A stretch of DNA of 64,000 nt. Source: an uncultured Actinomycetes bacterium (lineage in GTDB: Bacteria > Actinomycetota > Thermoleophilia > RBG-16-64-13). A program made the translations under genes and the position numbers. Below the pieces are notes generated by a model. That model saw only the letters and a list, made by a program, of their open reading frames with translations. It did no database searches and had not been told where the DNA came from. The DNA lies in the NCBI GenBank assembly GCA_963841735.1, contig CAWJDT010000001.1, positions 1,632,001 to 1,696,000 of the forward strand, given 5' to 3'. Shown one piece after another: positions 19,849-29,941 of this stretch (its first letter is position 1; each line of letters starts with the position of its first letter).

Positions 19849-22326
19849 ATGAGCTCCGGTTGGTTCTACATGAAGGCAGGCGCCCCGGCCGGCCAGCAGG
19901 TTGGTCCGTTCACTTGGCAGCAGCTTGTCGCTGCCGTCCAGGCCGGGGCGCTGGCTCCTGCCGATATGGTCTGGCACCAGTCCATGCCCGCTTGGCTACC
20001 TGCCTTGCAGATCCAGGGACTGTTTCCCGGATATCAGAATTCCGCCGTCACGGCTCCGCTCCCGAGGCGCGGGCGCTCTCGAATGGCTTGGGTGATCCCT
20101 CTGGTGGTGGTCGTGCTTGTGGGCACGGGATTGGGTCTGGTCTTCGGCCTGAGAGGGGGGGATGGTGGTGGTCGCCCGACGTCCGGCACGGCTACGGGCC
20201 CTACGACCAACAATTCGACCGGGACGACCGAGACCGGCAACACGCTGCCGCCCGTAACCGGCGAGCCGGGCACGTGGCTGGTCATGCTTTACGAGGATGC
20301 CGACGACGAGATACTCGAAGAGGACATGATCTTCGACGTCAACGAGGCTGAGCTTGTTGGCTCTACCGACCAGGTGACCATGGTCGCTCAGGTGGACCGT
20401 TACGCCGGCGGCTACGCCGGTGATGGCGATTGGACTTCGACCAAGCGCTTCCTTTTGAACCAGGACAGCGATCTCTACACCATCAACTCCCAAGAGCTGG
20501 CCGACCTGGGCGAAATGGACATGGGTGATGGCGCCACTCTTCAGGAGTTCGCGACTTGGGCTATTGAGACATACCCGGCCGAGCACTATGTACTTATTCT
20601 CTCCAACCACGGGGGCGGATGGACGGGCGGCTGGAGCGACAACGACCCAGTGGTCCAAAGCGGACTCACCATGCAAGAGATCGACGATGCTCTGGGAGCG
20701 ACTGTCGCCAATACCGGCATCGGCGCGTTCGAGCTGGTGGGCTTCGATGCCTGTCTAATGGGGCAACTCGAGGTGATCAGCGCCATCACTCCTCATGCCC
20801 GCTATGCGGTCGCTTCGGAAGAGACCGAACCTTCGATTGGATGGGGCTATGCCGGCTTCCTGCAGGCCCTTGCCGATAACCCGGCTATGACCGGCCGCGA
20901 GCTGGGCCAGGCGATCGTGGATGGTTACATCGCGGAGGATATCCGCGTCACTGACGATCAGGCACGCAGCATCCTTGCCGGCGGAGACTTCACGGCGGAG
21001 AGCGTGGCCGCCGAACTGAGCCGGGCAAGTACCATGACGGCCTTCGATCTGGGCGCGGTCCAGGACCTTAACGCCGCCGTCAACCAGTTGGCAGTGGCCT
21101 TGGCAGGCATCGACCAGGCGCCGGTGGCCCAGGCGCGAGCCTACGCGCAATCATACGAGAGTGTCTTTTCCGATATCGACTCACCTTCCTTCATCGACCT
21201 GGGTCATTTCGTCGACTTGATCCTGGACGGGGTCGGCGATCCTGCCGTGGCCCAGGCGGCCCAACAGGTGAAAAGTGCTCTGGCCCAAACGGTGGTCGCC
21301 GAGGTGCATGGGGAAGAGCGGCCGGGCTCCAGCGGTGTCAGCATCTACTTCCCCAACTCGACCGAGTACACGGGTACCTTCGACGGGGGGATGATCAACT
21401 ACCCCTCTTCGATAGGCCGCTTCGCCACGGCCTCTCTGTGGGACGACTATCTGACCTTCCATTACGCCAATGAGGCCTTTGACCCGGGCACGGCCGACCT
21501 GGCTGTGCTCACTCCCGCCGAGGCTGGGCAGACCGACTTCGCCCCGGCGGTCGCGGAGTCTGCTCCGAGCGACGCGGCCCAGATCCTGGGCCCGGGCAGC
21601 GGGGGGGTGACCATCGCCCCCATCGCCGTGTCATCGGCCGTGATAGGACCCGACGAGAAGGTGACCCTGTCCACCCAGATAGCCGGCGCCAACGTGGCCT
21701 ATGTGTACTACTACGTGGCCTACTACATGGACGTCGACGGTTCGTTTCTTAGCGCCGATGCCGGCTTCGTCGAACCAGGGTCGGTGAAGGAGATCGGCGG
21801 CGTCTACTATCCCGACTGGGGAGAAGGGGGCGCCATCGACGTGGAATACGAGTGGGACCCAACGCTGTACTACATGAGCGATGGCAACGAGGCCAACGAT
21901 CAGTTCGCCTTTTTCGCCCCGAGCATCTACGGTGCGGACGTCAGTAGCGACGTCTATACGGTGCGTGGCACCTACACTTTCGCCAACACCGGCACTCAGA
22001 TCGACGCAGAGATGGACTTTAGCGGAGACGGCAACATGCTCACCGTATGGGGTTTCAGCGACACCGGATGGGGCGCCGGCGCTTGGCATGAGTTGTCGCC
22101 GCAGCCCGGAGACGCCTTCACCATCACGGATGAATATCTCGAGTTCGATCAGAATCCCGACGGCGAGTATGTCGATTACACCGGGGGCACCATGACGTTC
22201 GGCGATACTCCTTTTGTGATGAGCAAGTACTACGTCTTCTCGGGCGACTACGTTCTGGGCATAGGGGTAGAGGACCTTGACGGCAATGTGACCTGGGAAT
22301 ATGCCAACGTGACCGTCACCGAGTAG
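19849..22326 (+). CDS. Membrane-anchored clostripain-family (C11) peptidase with N-terminal GYF_2-like domain
   Basis: WFY...QVGPF...VWHQSMPAW; one TM helix; WLVMLYEDAD, LSNHGGG (His), GFDACLMG (Cys), ASEETEP. Confidence 0.85.
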   Translation: MSSGWFYMKAGAPAGQQVGPFTWQQLVAAVQAGALAPADMVWHQSMPAWLPALQIQGLFPGYQNSAVTAPLPRRGRSRMAWVIPLVVVVLVGTGLGLVFGLRGGDGGGRPTSGTATGPTTNNSTGTTETGNTLPPVTGEPGTWLVMLYEDADDEILEEDMIFDVNEAELVGSTDQVTMVAQVDRYAGGYAGDGDWTSTKRFLLNQDSDLYTINSQELADLGEMDMGDGATLQEFATWAIETYPAEHYVLILSNHGGGWTGGWSDNDPVVQSGLTMQEIDDALGATVANTGIGAFELVGFDACLMGQLEVISAITPHARYAVASEETEPSIGWGYAGFLQALADNPAMTGRELGQAIVDGYIAEDIRVTDDQARSILAGGDFTAESVAAELSRASTMTAFDLGAVQDLNAAVNQLAVALAGIDQAPVAQARAYAQSYESVFSDIDSPSFIDLGHFVDLILDGVGDPAVAQAAQQVKSALAQTVVAEVHGEERPGSSGVSIYFPNSTEYTGTFDGGMINYPSSIGRFATASLWDDYLTFHYANEAFDPGTADLAVLTPAEAGQTDFAPAVAESAPSDAAQILGPGSGGVTIAPIAVSSAVIGPDEKVTLSTQIAGANVAYVYYYVAYYMDVDGSFLSADAGFVEPGSVKEIGGVYYPDWGEGGAIDVEYEWDPTLYYMSDGNEANDQFAFFAPSIYGADVSSDVYTVRGTYTFANTGTQIDAEMDFSGDGNMLTVWGFSDTGWGAGAWHELSPQPGDAFTITDEYLEFDQNPDGEYVDYTGGTMTFGDTPFVMSKYYVFSGDYVLGIGVEDLDGNVTWEYANVTVTE

Positions 22327-22335
22327 CCCGTATCT

Positions 22336-23182
22336 ATGGAATCCGCTGAGTTTCTGGGAAGCCAACCACAAGTACTTCATCAACGCCGCCGTGTCGGTGG
22401 GGATGCTCTTGGCAGCATGGGTGATCTACGCCCTGCTCAAGCATTCGATAAACCGGTTCTCTAGGCGGCGCAATCTTGCTGAAGTCGACCCCGGCGCCGA
22501 GACCCGCTTTCGCATGATCGAGCGGCTTCTGGCGGTGGTGCTCTGCTTGGTGGCGGTGGGACTTGTCTTCTGGCAAATGGACGTGGATGCCCTCAAGCGG
22601 GTGGCGGTGGGCATATTCGCCTCGGCAGGCGTGGCCGGTATCGCCCTGGGCTTCGCGGCTCAAACAGCCATAGCCAACCTGGTCGCAGGGATCATCATCG
22701 CCTTCGCGCAGCCCATCCGGCTGGGTGATAACGTCGAGATCGAGGGGGAGTACGGGGCCGTGGAGTCCATCGGCCTCTTCTATACGAACATCCGCGTTTG
22801 GGACAATCGGCGCCTGGTGATCCCTAACAAGCTGCTCTCCGACAAGAGTATCCGCAACTACACTTCGGTCGATCCGCGCATGCCCGCCATCGTGTTGTTG
22901 CGAATGGACTACAGCGCCGACGTGGAAACGGTCCGCGATCTGTTGTTGCAGGAGGCTCGGGCCCATCCGCTCTTTCTGGCCGAGCCAGCTCCGTCGGTGC
23001 AGGTGGTCGACGCCGACGATCTGGGGGTGTCGGTGCGTCTGCTGGCGTGGGCCTCCACTCAGGGCGACGCCTGGACGATGGCCGTCGACGTACGCGAGAC
23101 GACAGTCAGGAGACTGGCTGCTTCGAAGGTCCCGGCGGGAGTCCGCTGGAGCCGGATCATGACGGAGACCCAGACGCCGTGA
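22336..23182 (+). CDS. mscS: Small-conductance mechanosensitive channel family protein (probable +1 error right after ATG)
   Basis: GIALGFAAQTAIANLVAG, QPIRLGD, IGLFYT, IPN. Confidence 0.88.
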
Positions 23183-23261
23183 ACGCGGGGCCGAGCCGGC
23201 CCGCGCTCTGTGCAGGGGGCAGGGCTGTCCCACGAAGCGCGTGGGCCGGCGCGGTCTGCTG

Positions 23262-24662
23262 ATGAACCGGGACCGGCCCGAGGGGTCGGATTCCTTGAGC
23301 GGAGCCGCACCCCAGCCCGAGGGGTCGGACCCCGTGGAGGCTGCGGATGGCCGGGAAGGGCGGTTGCAGTCGGGGCCGACCGGCAAGATCTGGGGTCTCG
23401 ACCGCAATGTGTTTTGGGCGGGCGTGTCCTCCTTCTTCATGGACATCAGCTCGGAGATGGTCTACTCGCTGGTGCCTGTGTTCCTGTCATCCGTGCTGGG
23501 GATCAACAAGTCGCTCATCGGGGTCATCGAAGGCATTGCCGAGACCACGGCCAGCATGCTCAAGATGGTTGCCGGTTGGCTCAGCGACAAGCTCGGCAGG
23601 CGCAAGCCGTTGATGCTGTTTGGATACGGCGTCTCCACGCTGAGCCGGCCCCTGCTGGCTCTAGCTGGGGGCTGGGGCATGGTACTCGGATCACGGTTCG
23701 TCGATCGGTTCGGAAAGGGAGTGCGCACCGCTCCGCGGGATGCCATCGTGGCCGACTCGTGCGACAAGGAGGAACTCGGTCGCTCGTTCGGTTACCACCG
23801 GGCGATGGACCAGTTCGGGGCTGTGGTCGGCCCCGCTGTCGCGTTTCTGGTGCTGTGGCTACAGCCCGGGGGATACCGCACCGTGTTTTGGATCTCCATG
23901 ATCCCTGGGGCAATCTGCGTGGTGGTGATCGCGCTGTTCATCCGCGAACGGAGACGAAAAGGCGAGGGCGAGGGATATCGCTGCGCGGACCCCGCGGCAG
24001 ATGAGGCGGCGGAGCGTCCTGTCGGGGAAGTCTCCGCAGAGGGCTTTCGGCCGACGGGTCCGGCGGACGGCCGGGGGAGGCGGGAGCGCCTGCGCGGCCC
24101 CCTGCTTATGTATCTTCTGGTGACGGGGGTGTTTGCGCTCGGCAACTCCTCCGACGTATTCCTCATCCTGCGGGCTCGGGATCTGAAGGTAGCCGTCTTT
24201 ATGATCCCGGTGCTGTATCTGGTGTTCAACTTCGTCTACTCAGCGCTGTCCATTCCGGCCGGGCTCCTGGCCGACCGCGTCGGCAGGCGCAAGGTGGCGC
24301 TGGCCGGGTTTGCGGTGTTTGCCGGGGCTTATGCGTGGATGGCGGTGGCGCGTTCTCAGTCGGCGGTTTGGGGAGTGTTCGCCGTCTACGGCGTGTACAT
24401 GGCCATCGCTGACGGCAACGGGCGGGCCCTATTGGCCGAATTCTCCTCGGGTAAGCGCCAGGGGACAGCCTTTGGGGCTTACCACATGGTGGTGGGGCTC
24501 GCGGCTTTGCCGGCGAGCGTCATCGCCGGTTTGCTTTACGAAAACGTCTCGGCAGCGGCGCCCTTCTGGATGGGGGCCGCCGGCGCGGTCTTGGCCGGCG
24601 TGTTGATGCTGGCCCTGGTGCCGGAGCCACGCAAGGGGGCTGCCGGACCGCGCTCGGCGTAG
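23262..24662 (+). CDS. MFS transporter
   Basis: ~12 TM; DISSEM, GWLSDKLGRRK, DRFGKGVRTAPRDA, LADRVGRR. Confidence 0.92.
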   Translation: MNRDRPEGSDSLSGAAPQPEGSDPVEAADGREGRLQSGPTGKIWGLDRNVFWAGVSSFFMDISSEMVYSLVPVFLSSVLGINKSLIGVIEGIAETTASMLKMVAGWLSDKLGRRKPLMLFGYGVSTLSRPLLALAGGWGMVLGSRFVDRFGKGVRTAPRDAIVADSCDKEELGRSFGYHRAMDQFGAVVGPAVAFLVLWLQPGGYRTVFWISMIPGAICVVVIALFIRERRRKGEGEGYRCADPAADEAAERPVGEVSAEGFRPTGPADGRGRRERLRGPLLMYLLVTGVFALGNSSDVFLILRARDLKVAVFMIPVLYLVFNFVYSALSIPAGLLADRVGRRKVALAGFAVFAGAYAWMAVARSQSAVWGVFAVYGVYMAIADGNGRALLAEFSSGKRQGTAFGAYHMVVGLAALPASVIAGLLYENVSAAAPFWMGAAGAVLAGVLMLALVPEPRKGAAGPRSA

Positions 24663-24685
24663 AGAGCGGCGAGCTCGCGCTAGGT

Positions 24686-25433
24686 CTACCCCAAGCGCTT
24701 CAGCAGCTCGGGGAGTTCGCGGTGGTCGTGGACGATGTAGTCGGCCTCGGGAGGTTCCTCTTGATCGGCGGCGGCCGTGTAGCGGATGGCTATCATGCCC
24801 AGCGCCTTGGCTCCCGCGATGTCGGTGCGTGGGGTGTCGCCCACGTGTGCCGCCTGGGCCGGATCGGCCGCCAACGCGGCCAGAGTGCGGGTGAACATGC
24901 GTGCGTCGGGCTTGGGGAAGCCGGTCTCGTCGGACCAAGTGAGCACCCCGAAACAGCCCAGAAGGCCGTCGCGCTCCAGGAAACGTTTGCAGAACCCGTC
25001 CCGGGCTAAGGCTGGTGTCGGAGATGATGCCCAAACAGTAGCCGGCGGCAGCAAGCGCCGGGATGGTCTCCCGCGCTCCGGGAAGCAATTGGAGGTCAGC
25101 CAGCATAGAGGCTTCCTCGATCTCGGTGGCGGTTTCGACTATAGAGCCTGCCGGAAGTGTCGCCGACTGCACGGCAAAGCAGTCGAGGAAATGCTGGACC
25201 TGCTCGTGGGCGCCAAAATGGCGGCCGTGGCCCCAAGCCGCCATATAGGCCTCGAAACCGCTGCCGTAGGCCTGCTGTAGGTCGTCCTCCGACGCGTGGA
25301 TCCCGCCAAGGGCGAGGATACGGCGAAGCGCCTCCATCCTCCTGGGCCTGACCAGGTTCATGGCCCCGTCGTCGGCTGCATACAGGGTGTTCCAGAAGTC
25401 GAAAGTGAGTGTTGTGAGCGGTGGACGGGTCAC
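24686..25433 (-). CDS. HAD family hydrolase (frameshift ~24985)
   Basis: FDFWNTL, IISDT, KPDARMF, HVGDTPRTDIAGA. Confidence 0.87.
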
Positions 25434-25583
25434 GGACAGACCCCCTTGTGGTAAAGGTCGGCGGGTTTGGCACCGATGTTGGTATGTAGAGCTTTCCTTG
25501 CGCGGTCTGATGTCGACGTGAGGGTTGGGCCTGAGGCTAGACCGAATGGGATGGGGAGTGCTGTGCCGATAATCTCTGCAACC

Positions 25584-26822
25584 ATGAAGACACGATCAGC
25601 TAGGCGCCTGGCGCTTGGCGCCGGCCTGCTAGTGACTGCCCTGTTTGCCGTTATCGTCCAGCCAATGCCCGCGACAGCGAAGGCGGTTGGTTTCACTGAT
25701 GTATCCAGTTCTTGTGCCTATCACGTCCAGATCGAGACCCTTGCCCAACTGGGCATTATAGAGGGCTATCCGGACGGGACCTTCCGGCCCGACGATCTGC
25801 TCACGCGCCAGCAGTTCGCCAAGATGGTGGTCAAAGCCATGAGGATCGCGGTCAGCGAGAGCGACGTTTGCGACTTTGGGGACGTGTCGCAATCGGGCGC
25901 GAACAGCTTGTATCCCGACAATTACGTGGCGGCAGCGGCCCGGGAGGGGATCGCAATCGGCTATGTCGTGCCCTCTGCACGGCGCTTCAAGCCTTACACG
26001 CGGGTCACTTTGGGGCAGTTGCTGACCATGGTGACCCGGGCGGCGGGCAGCCCACTCACCGTGCCTCCAGACTCCTACCGCTCGTCGTGGGGCATTTTCG
26101 ACAACGTTCACGCTCCGACTGCGCGCATGGCTGAATACAACGGATTGATGCGCGGGCTCGTTTCGAGCGGAACCACTCTAAAGTCCCTCTCACCCTGGGC
26201 CTACGCCACTCGCGGGCAGGCGGCGGCGCTGCTGTTCAACGTCATGGGAACCGACCCAGCCGGCCTGAACGGCCGCTTTCTGGGCACGGCGGACGATCTA
26301 GTACGATACTTCCGCGCCATGACCGGAGGAAAAGACGGCAAGTTCACGGTGCCCCTGGGCACCCTGGCCCAGTACTACATCACCTACGGCGAGCGCTTCG
26401 GCCTCCGGGCCGACATGGCCTGGGCGCAGATGATCCACGAGACAGGCTGGGGCCAATACGGCGGTGATGTTCTGCCCGAGCAGAACAACATGGCAGGCAT
26501 CGGAGCCACCGGCGGGGGAGTGCGGGGCAACTCCTTCGTCACTGCCGAACTGGGGGTCATTGCCCAGTACGCGCACCTGGCTTGGTATGTATATCCGGAC
26601 CATGTGTCCGATCCCTATTGTGTGAAAGTAACCCAGCCGGCCGACGGTCCTATCACTGTGCCTGGTGACCCCCGCCATTTCGCGCAGGCGGGCGGGGCGC
26701 CGCACAAGGCGACCGCGCGGACGGTGTATGAGTTGAGCGGCACCTGGGCCGTCAGCTCTGGCTACGGGACGGCCCTTCAGCGCATATCCGCGGCCATCGG
26801 AATGACCTGTGGCATCTGGTAA
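25584..26822 (+). CDS. Secreted SLH-domain protein with glucosaminidase-like (GH73/lysozyme-fold) C-terminal domain
   Basis: Signal peptide; FTDV, GYPDGTFRPD..LTRQQ, TRGQAA SLH repeats; AQMIHETGW, QNNMAGIGA, TWA..SGYG. Confidence 0.82.
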   Translation: MKTRSARRLALGAGLLVTALFAVIVQPMPATAKAVGFTDVSSSCAYHVQIETLAQLGIIEGYPDGTFRPDDLLTRQQFAKMVVKAMRIAVSESDVCDFGDVSQSGANSLYPDNYVAAAAREGIAIGYVVPSARRFKPYTRVTLGQLLTMVTRAAGSPLTVPPDSYRSSWGIFDNVHAPTARMAEYNGLMRGLVSSGTTLKSLSPWAYATRGQAAALLFNVMGTDPAGLNGRFLGTADDLVRYFRAMTGGKDGKFTVPLGTLAQYYITYGERFGLRADMAWAQMIHETGWGQYGGDVLPEQNNMAGIGATGGGVRGNSFVTAELGVIAQYAHLAWYVYPDHVSDPYCVKVTQPADGPITVPGDPRHFAQAGGAPHKATARTVYELSGTWAVSSGYGTALQRISAAIGMTCGIW

Positions 26823-26840
26823 GAAAGGACCTCGACGACC

Positions 26841-27197
26841 ATGAAGGATCTGAACGTACTTCCCGAGCACCTGCGCGTGATCGCCGTACCTGACGGACCG
26901 GACTTCGGCTGGCCCCTGGATGTGGCTCCGGAGGTTATCCAGACTCTGGTGGACGCGGGGGCCGTCGTCATGGGGGTGGAGGCGTGGATCGTGGACGCGG
27001 AAGGCGTACCCGCCTCGGTGGGTTGGTCGTCGTACGACCTGGGTGATTTCGACGATTGGGATGTGACTGTGGCCCGCTCCAAAGTAGAGGCGGAGGAAGT
27101 GCTGGCCGGAGTGCTAGAGACTGCCGTGGAGGACGAGGTCAACTACGTGGGCATCGACTGGGCCTTCCCGGGTGACCTGGAAGTCGAGGAGGAGTAG
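26841..27197 (+). CDS. Small acidic hypothetical protein, Imm40-like
   Basis: Clean ORF with AAGGA RBS; pattern GWP....EVI..L...G.VVMGVEAW...W....RS resembles Imm40 from recall only. Confidence 0.65.
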   Translation: MKDLNVLPEHLRVIAVPDGPDFGWPLDVAPEVIQTLVDAGAVVMGVEAWIVDAEGVPASVGWSSYDLGDFDDWDVTVARSKVEAEEVLAGVLETAVEDEVNYVGIDWAFPGDLEVEEE

Positions 27198-27204
27198 CCG
27201 AGGC

Positions 27205-27768
27205 TCAGCGCAGCTTGCCCGCTCGCTCCAACGCGTCGAGCACCCTTGGGTCGGCTCGGGGATCTTCCCCGTTGAACCAGTCGCGGCCTGGATAACCGAG
27301 TTCAAGCCGGAGCACGCAGTGGTTGGGAGCAGCCTCTGAAGAGAAAGGCTTGATGATCACTACGCCGTCGAAGGTCGAAGACCGCATAATGGTCCAAAAT
27401 GCGCCGGAATAGATGGGCCGGCCATCGACGCATACGACGAAGGATGGCCAACCTTCCAGAGTGACGATCTTTTCGTAGGCAGCGGGCGTCAGCTCGATCT
27501 CGTGGGTATCGGCGGAATAGGTGACGATGTCGGCGCCCGACACAAGGGGCGTGTCGGCGATCTCGATGGAGGACAGCGCGTCCAGCTGCGCGAGAGAGAC
27601 ATCGCCGGCTGGGAGGTAGATGGCGAACCCCTCGCCGGGCGCCGGCCCACCACCGCAGGCGACTCCCAGCAGGATGACCAAGGCGAGCGCAGCCGCTGCC
27701 ACCATCGACGTTCTCGCGAGCGCCGACGCTCGGCCCGTCGCCTGGCGGAGAAGGGCACTTCCGCTCAC
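27205..27768 (-). CDS. Hypothetical lipoprotein
   Basis: Hydrophobic stretch plus lipobox GVAC; start inferred at GTG just after the sanA stop. Confidence 0.7.
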   Translation of the reverse strand: MSGSALLRQATGRASALARTSMVAAAALALVILLGVACGGGPAPGEGFAIYLPAGDVSLAQLDALSSIEIADTPLVSGADIVTYSADTHEIELTPAAYEKIVTLEGWPSFVVCVDGRPIYSGAFWTIMRSSTFDGVVIIKPFSSEAAPNHCVLRLELGYPGRDWFNGEDPRADPRVLDALERAGKLR

Positions 27769-27772
27769 AGCT

Positions 27773-28459
27773 CTAGCCCCGCGTGGCCCGGCCGTCGCCG
27801 GTGATGGGGATAGCGACACCCAGGTATTTGGGTCTGGGATGGGTGATGTGAAGATCGAGGATGGCCTTCACCCGAGCCAGCATTTCGCGTGTGGCGTTGC
27901 GGGTCTCGTTGAAATAGGGCCGGAGGTCGGACGCGACGCCGGTGGCCTCCAGGCCCAGCGTGCGGGCGGTGTAGACGGCTCGGGATAGGTGGAAGCCCTG
28001 CGTGACGATGATGGCCGTCTCCACCTGGAAAACATCGCGAGCGCGGTACATGGTGTCGTAGGTATCGAAGCCAGCATGATCGGTGAACACGTCCTCTTCG
28101 GGGATGCCTCGTGCAACCACGTAGTCGAGCATGACATTGACCTCATCGTAGGTCGTCTGGCCATGATCGCCCGAGAGCAAGAGCTTGTCGACCTTGCCCA
28201 GTTTGTAGAGTCTGATGCCGACTTCCAGTCGGTCGGCGAGCATGGGGTAGGGCTTGCCGTCAGCATAGACTCTGGCGCCGAGCACAATGGCGCACTGCGC
28301 GTGGGGTGCATCCTCAGGTGACTGCGCGATGTAATCATGTGCACCGCGGATCACGATGAGGTTGGCCGCCAGCAAGGCCAACCCGGTCAGCAACACGAGG
28401 ACGGCAACCGCGATCAGCGACCAGAGAAGAACCCGCCGTCTGCGACCCCGCTTTCCCAT
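27773..28459 (-). CDS. sanA: SanA/YdcF/ElyC (DUF218) family protein
   Basis: N-terminal TM; IVLGA, LADRL, LLSGD, DHAGFDTYD, TQGFHLSRA, REMLARVK. Confidence 0.88.
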   Translation of the reverse strand: MGKRGRRRRVLLWSLIAVAVLVLLTGLALLAANLIVIRGAHDYIAQSPEDAPHAQCAIVLGARVYADGKPYPMLADRLEVGIRLYKLGKVDKLLLSGDHGQTTYDEVNVMLDYVVARGIPEEDVFTDHAGFDTYDTMYRARDVFQVETAIIVTQGFHLSRAVYTARTLGLEATGVASDLRPYFNETRNATREMLARVKAILDLHITHPRPKYLGVAIPITGDGRATRG

Positions 28460-28663
28460 GCGGGCCAGGTTATCATGCGTTGGCGCTGGGCATGGATTGC
28501 CGGTCCTTCTTCTAGGAGGGGTTGCCACGAAGGCCCCTGGGCGCTGTGCCCCGGTGCCGTGCCAGTGCCGTGTAAAATAGAAAAGCAAGTCGGCGGGCGC
28601 GAGCACTTCTGCCCAGCGGCCCGCTTTCACCGGAAGAAGTAAAGAGGAACGGGGGTACGTGGC

Positions 28664-29941
28664 ATGGCTATGACCATGACCGAGAAGATCCTGGCCCGAG
28701 CTGCCGGCAAAGAGTCGGTAGTTCCTGGCGAGCTCATCATGGCGAAACTGGATTTCTGTTTCGGCAACGACGTCACCTCTGGGGTGGCTATCGATGAGTT
28801 CGAAAAGGCTGGGTTCGATCGGGTTTTCGATCTGGAGAAGGTCGCGTTCATCCCCGACCACTTCACACCCAACAAGGACATCAAGTCGGCGGGTCTGGTC
28901 AAGCAGATGCGCGAGTTCTCCAAGCAGCAGGGACTCACTCACTGGTACGACGTGGGCCGCGTGGGCGTAGAGCATGCCTTCTGGCCCGAACAAGGCATTG
29001 TCGGTCCCGGTGACGTCGTCCTGGGTGCCGACTCCCACACCTGCACCTACGGAGCCCTGGGCGCGTTCGCGACCGGGGTGGGCTCCACCGACTTGGCCGG
29101 GGCCATGGCCACCGGCGAAGCTTGGTTCCGGGTGCCGGAGAGCCACCGTTTTGACTTCGAGGGCTCCCTGGGCCGCTACGTTACGGGCAAAGACATCGTC
29201 CTTTTTACAATCGGCCAGATAGGCGTCGACGGCGCCCTGTATAAGGCCATGGAGTTCAGCGGGTCGGCCATCCGTGCCCTCTCCATGGACGGGCGCTTCA
29301 CTATCTGCAACATGGCAATAGAGGCCGGGGGCAAGAGCGGCATCATCGCGCCCGATGACATCACCAAGGCATATGTGGAGGGGCGGTTCCGTCGCACCCC
29401 GCGCTACTACGCCAGCGATGCCGACGCCTATTACGAGAGGACCTACTCGTGGAAGGCCGACGACATACCGCTGATGGTGGCCAAGCCGCATCTGCCCTCC
29501 AATACCCAGCCGGCCGACGAGCTCAACAGCGTCAAGATCGACCAGGTGATCATAGGCAGCTGCACCAACGGCCGCATGGAGGATCTGCGCCAGGCGGCGG
29601 AGATACTGCGCGGGCGCAAGGTGCACAAGGACATCCGCTGCATCGTCATCCCGGCCACCCAGGCCATCTGGAAGCAGGCCATGGACGAGGGACTGTTCGA
29701 CGTGTTCGTGGAGGCCGAGGCGGCTGTGTCGGCCCCCACCTGCGGACCCTGCTTGGGCGGGCACATGGGTGTGCTGGCCAAGGGCGAGCGGGCCGTGTCG
29801 ACCACCAACCGCAACTTCGTGGGCCGTATGGGCGACCCGGGCTCGGAAGTCTACCTGGCCGGCCCGTACGTGGCCGCGGCCAGCGCTGTGGCGGGCTACA
29901 TCGCCACGCCCGATCAGATCGGCGGGAGGAGGCAGCCATGA
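28664..29941 (+). CDS. leuC: 3-isopropylmalate dehydratase large subunit
   Basis: MTMTEKIL, DSHTCTYG, IGSCTNGR, CGPCLG, STTNRNF. Confidence 0.96.
   Translation: MAMTMTEKILARAAGKESVVPGELIMAKLDFCFGNDVTSGVAIDEFEKAGFDRVFDLEKVAFIPDHFTPNKDIKSAGLVKQMREFSKQQGLTHWYDVGRVGVEHAFWPEQGIVGPGDVVLGADSHTCTYGALGAFATGVGSTDLAGAMATGEAWFRVPESHRFDFEGSLGRYVTGKDIVLFTIGQIGVDGALYKAMEFSGSAIRALSMDGRFTICNMAIEAGGKSGIIAPDDITKAYVEGRFRRTPRYYASDADAYYERTYSWKADDIPLMVAKPHLPSNTQPADELNSVKIDQVIIGSCTNGRMEDLRQAAEILRGRKVHKDIRCIVIPATQAIWKQAMDEGLFDVFVEAEAAVSAPTCGPCLGGHMGVLAKGERAVSTTNRNFVGRMGDPGSEVYLAGPYVAAASAVAGYIATPDQIGGRRQP

Noticed and set aside
27773-29764. Long antisense or extended ORFs (e.g. 663 aa here, 53061..54866, 38184..39713)
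   Set aside because: Shadow frames of high-GC genes; only the 3' sanA part of this ORF is credible.
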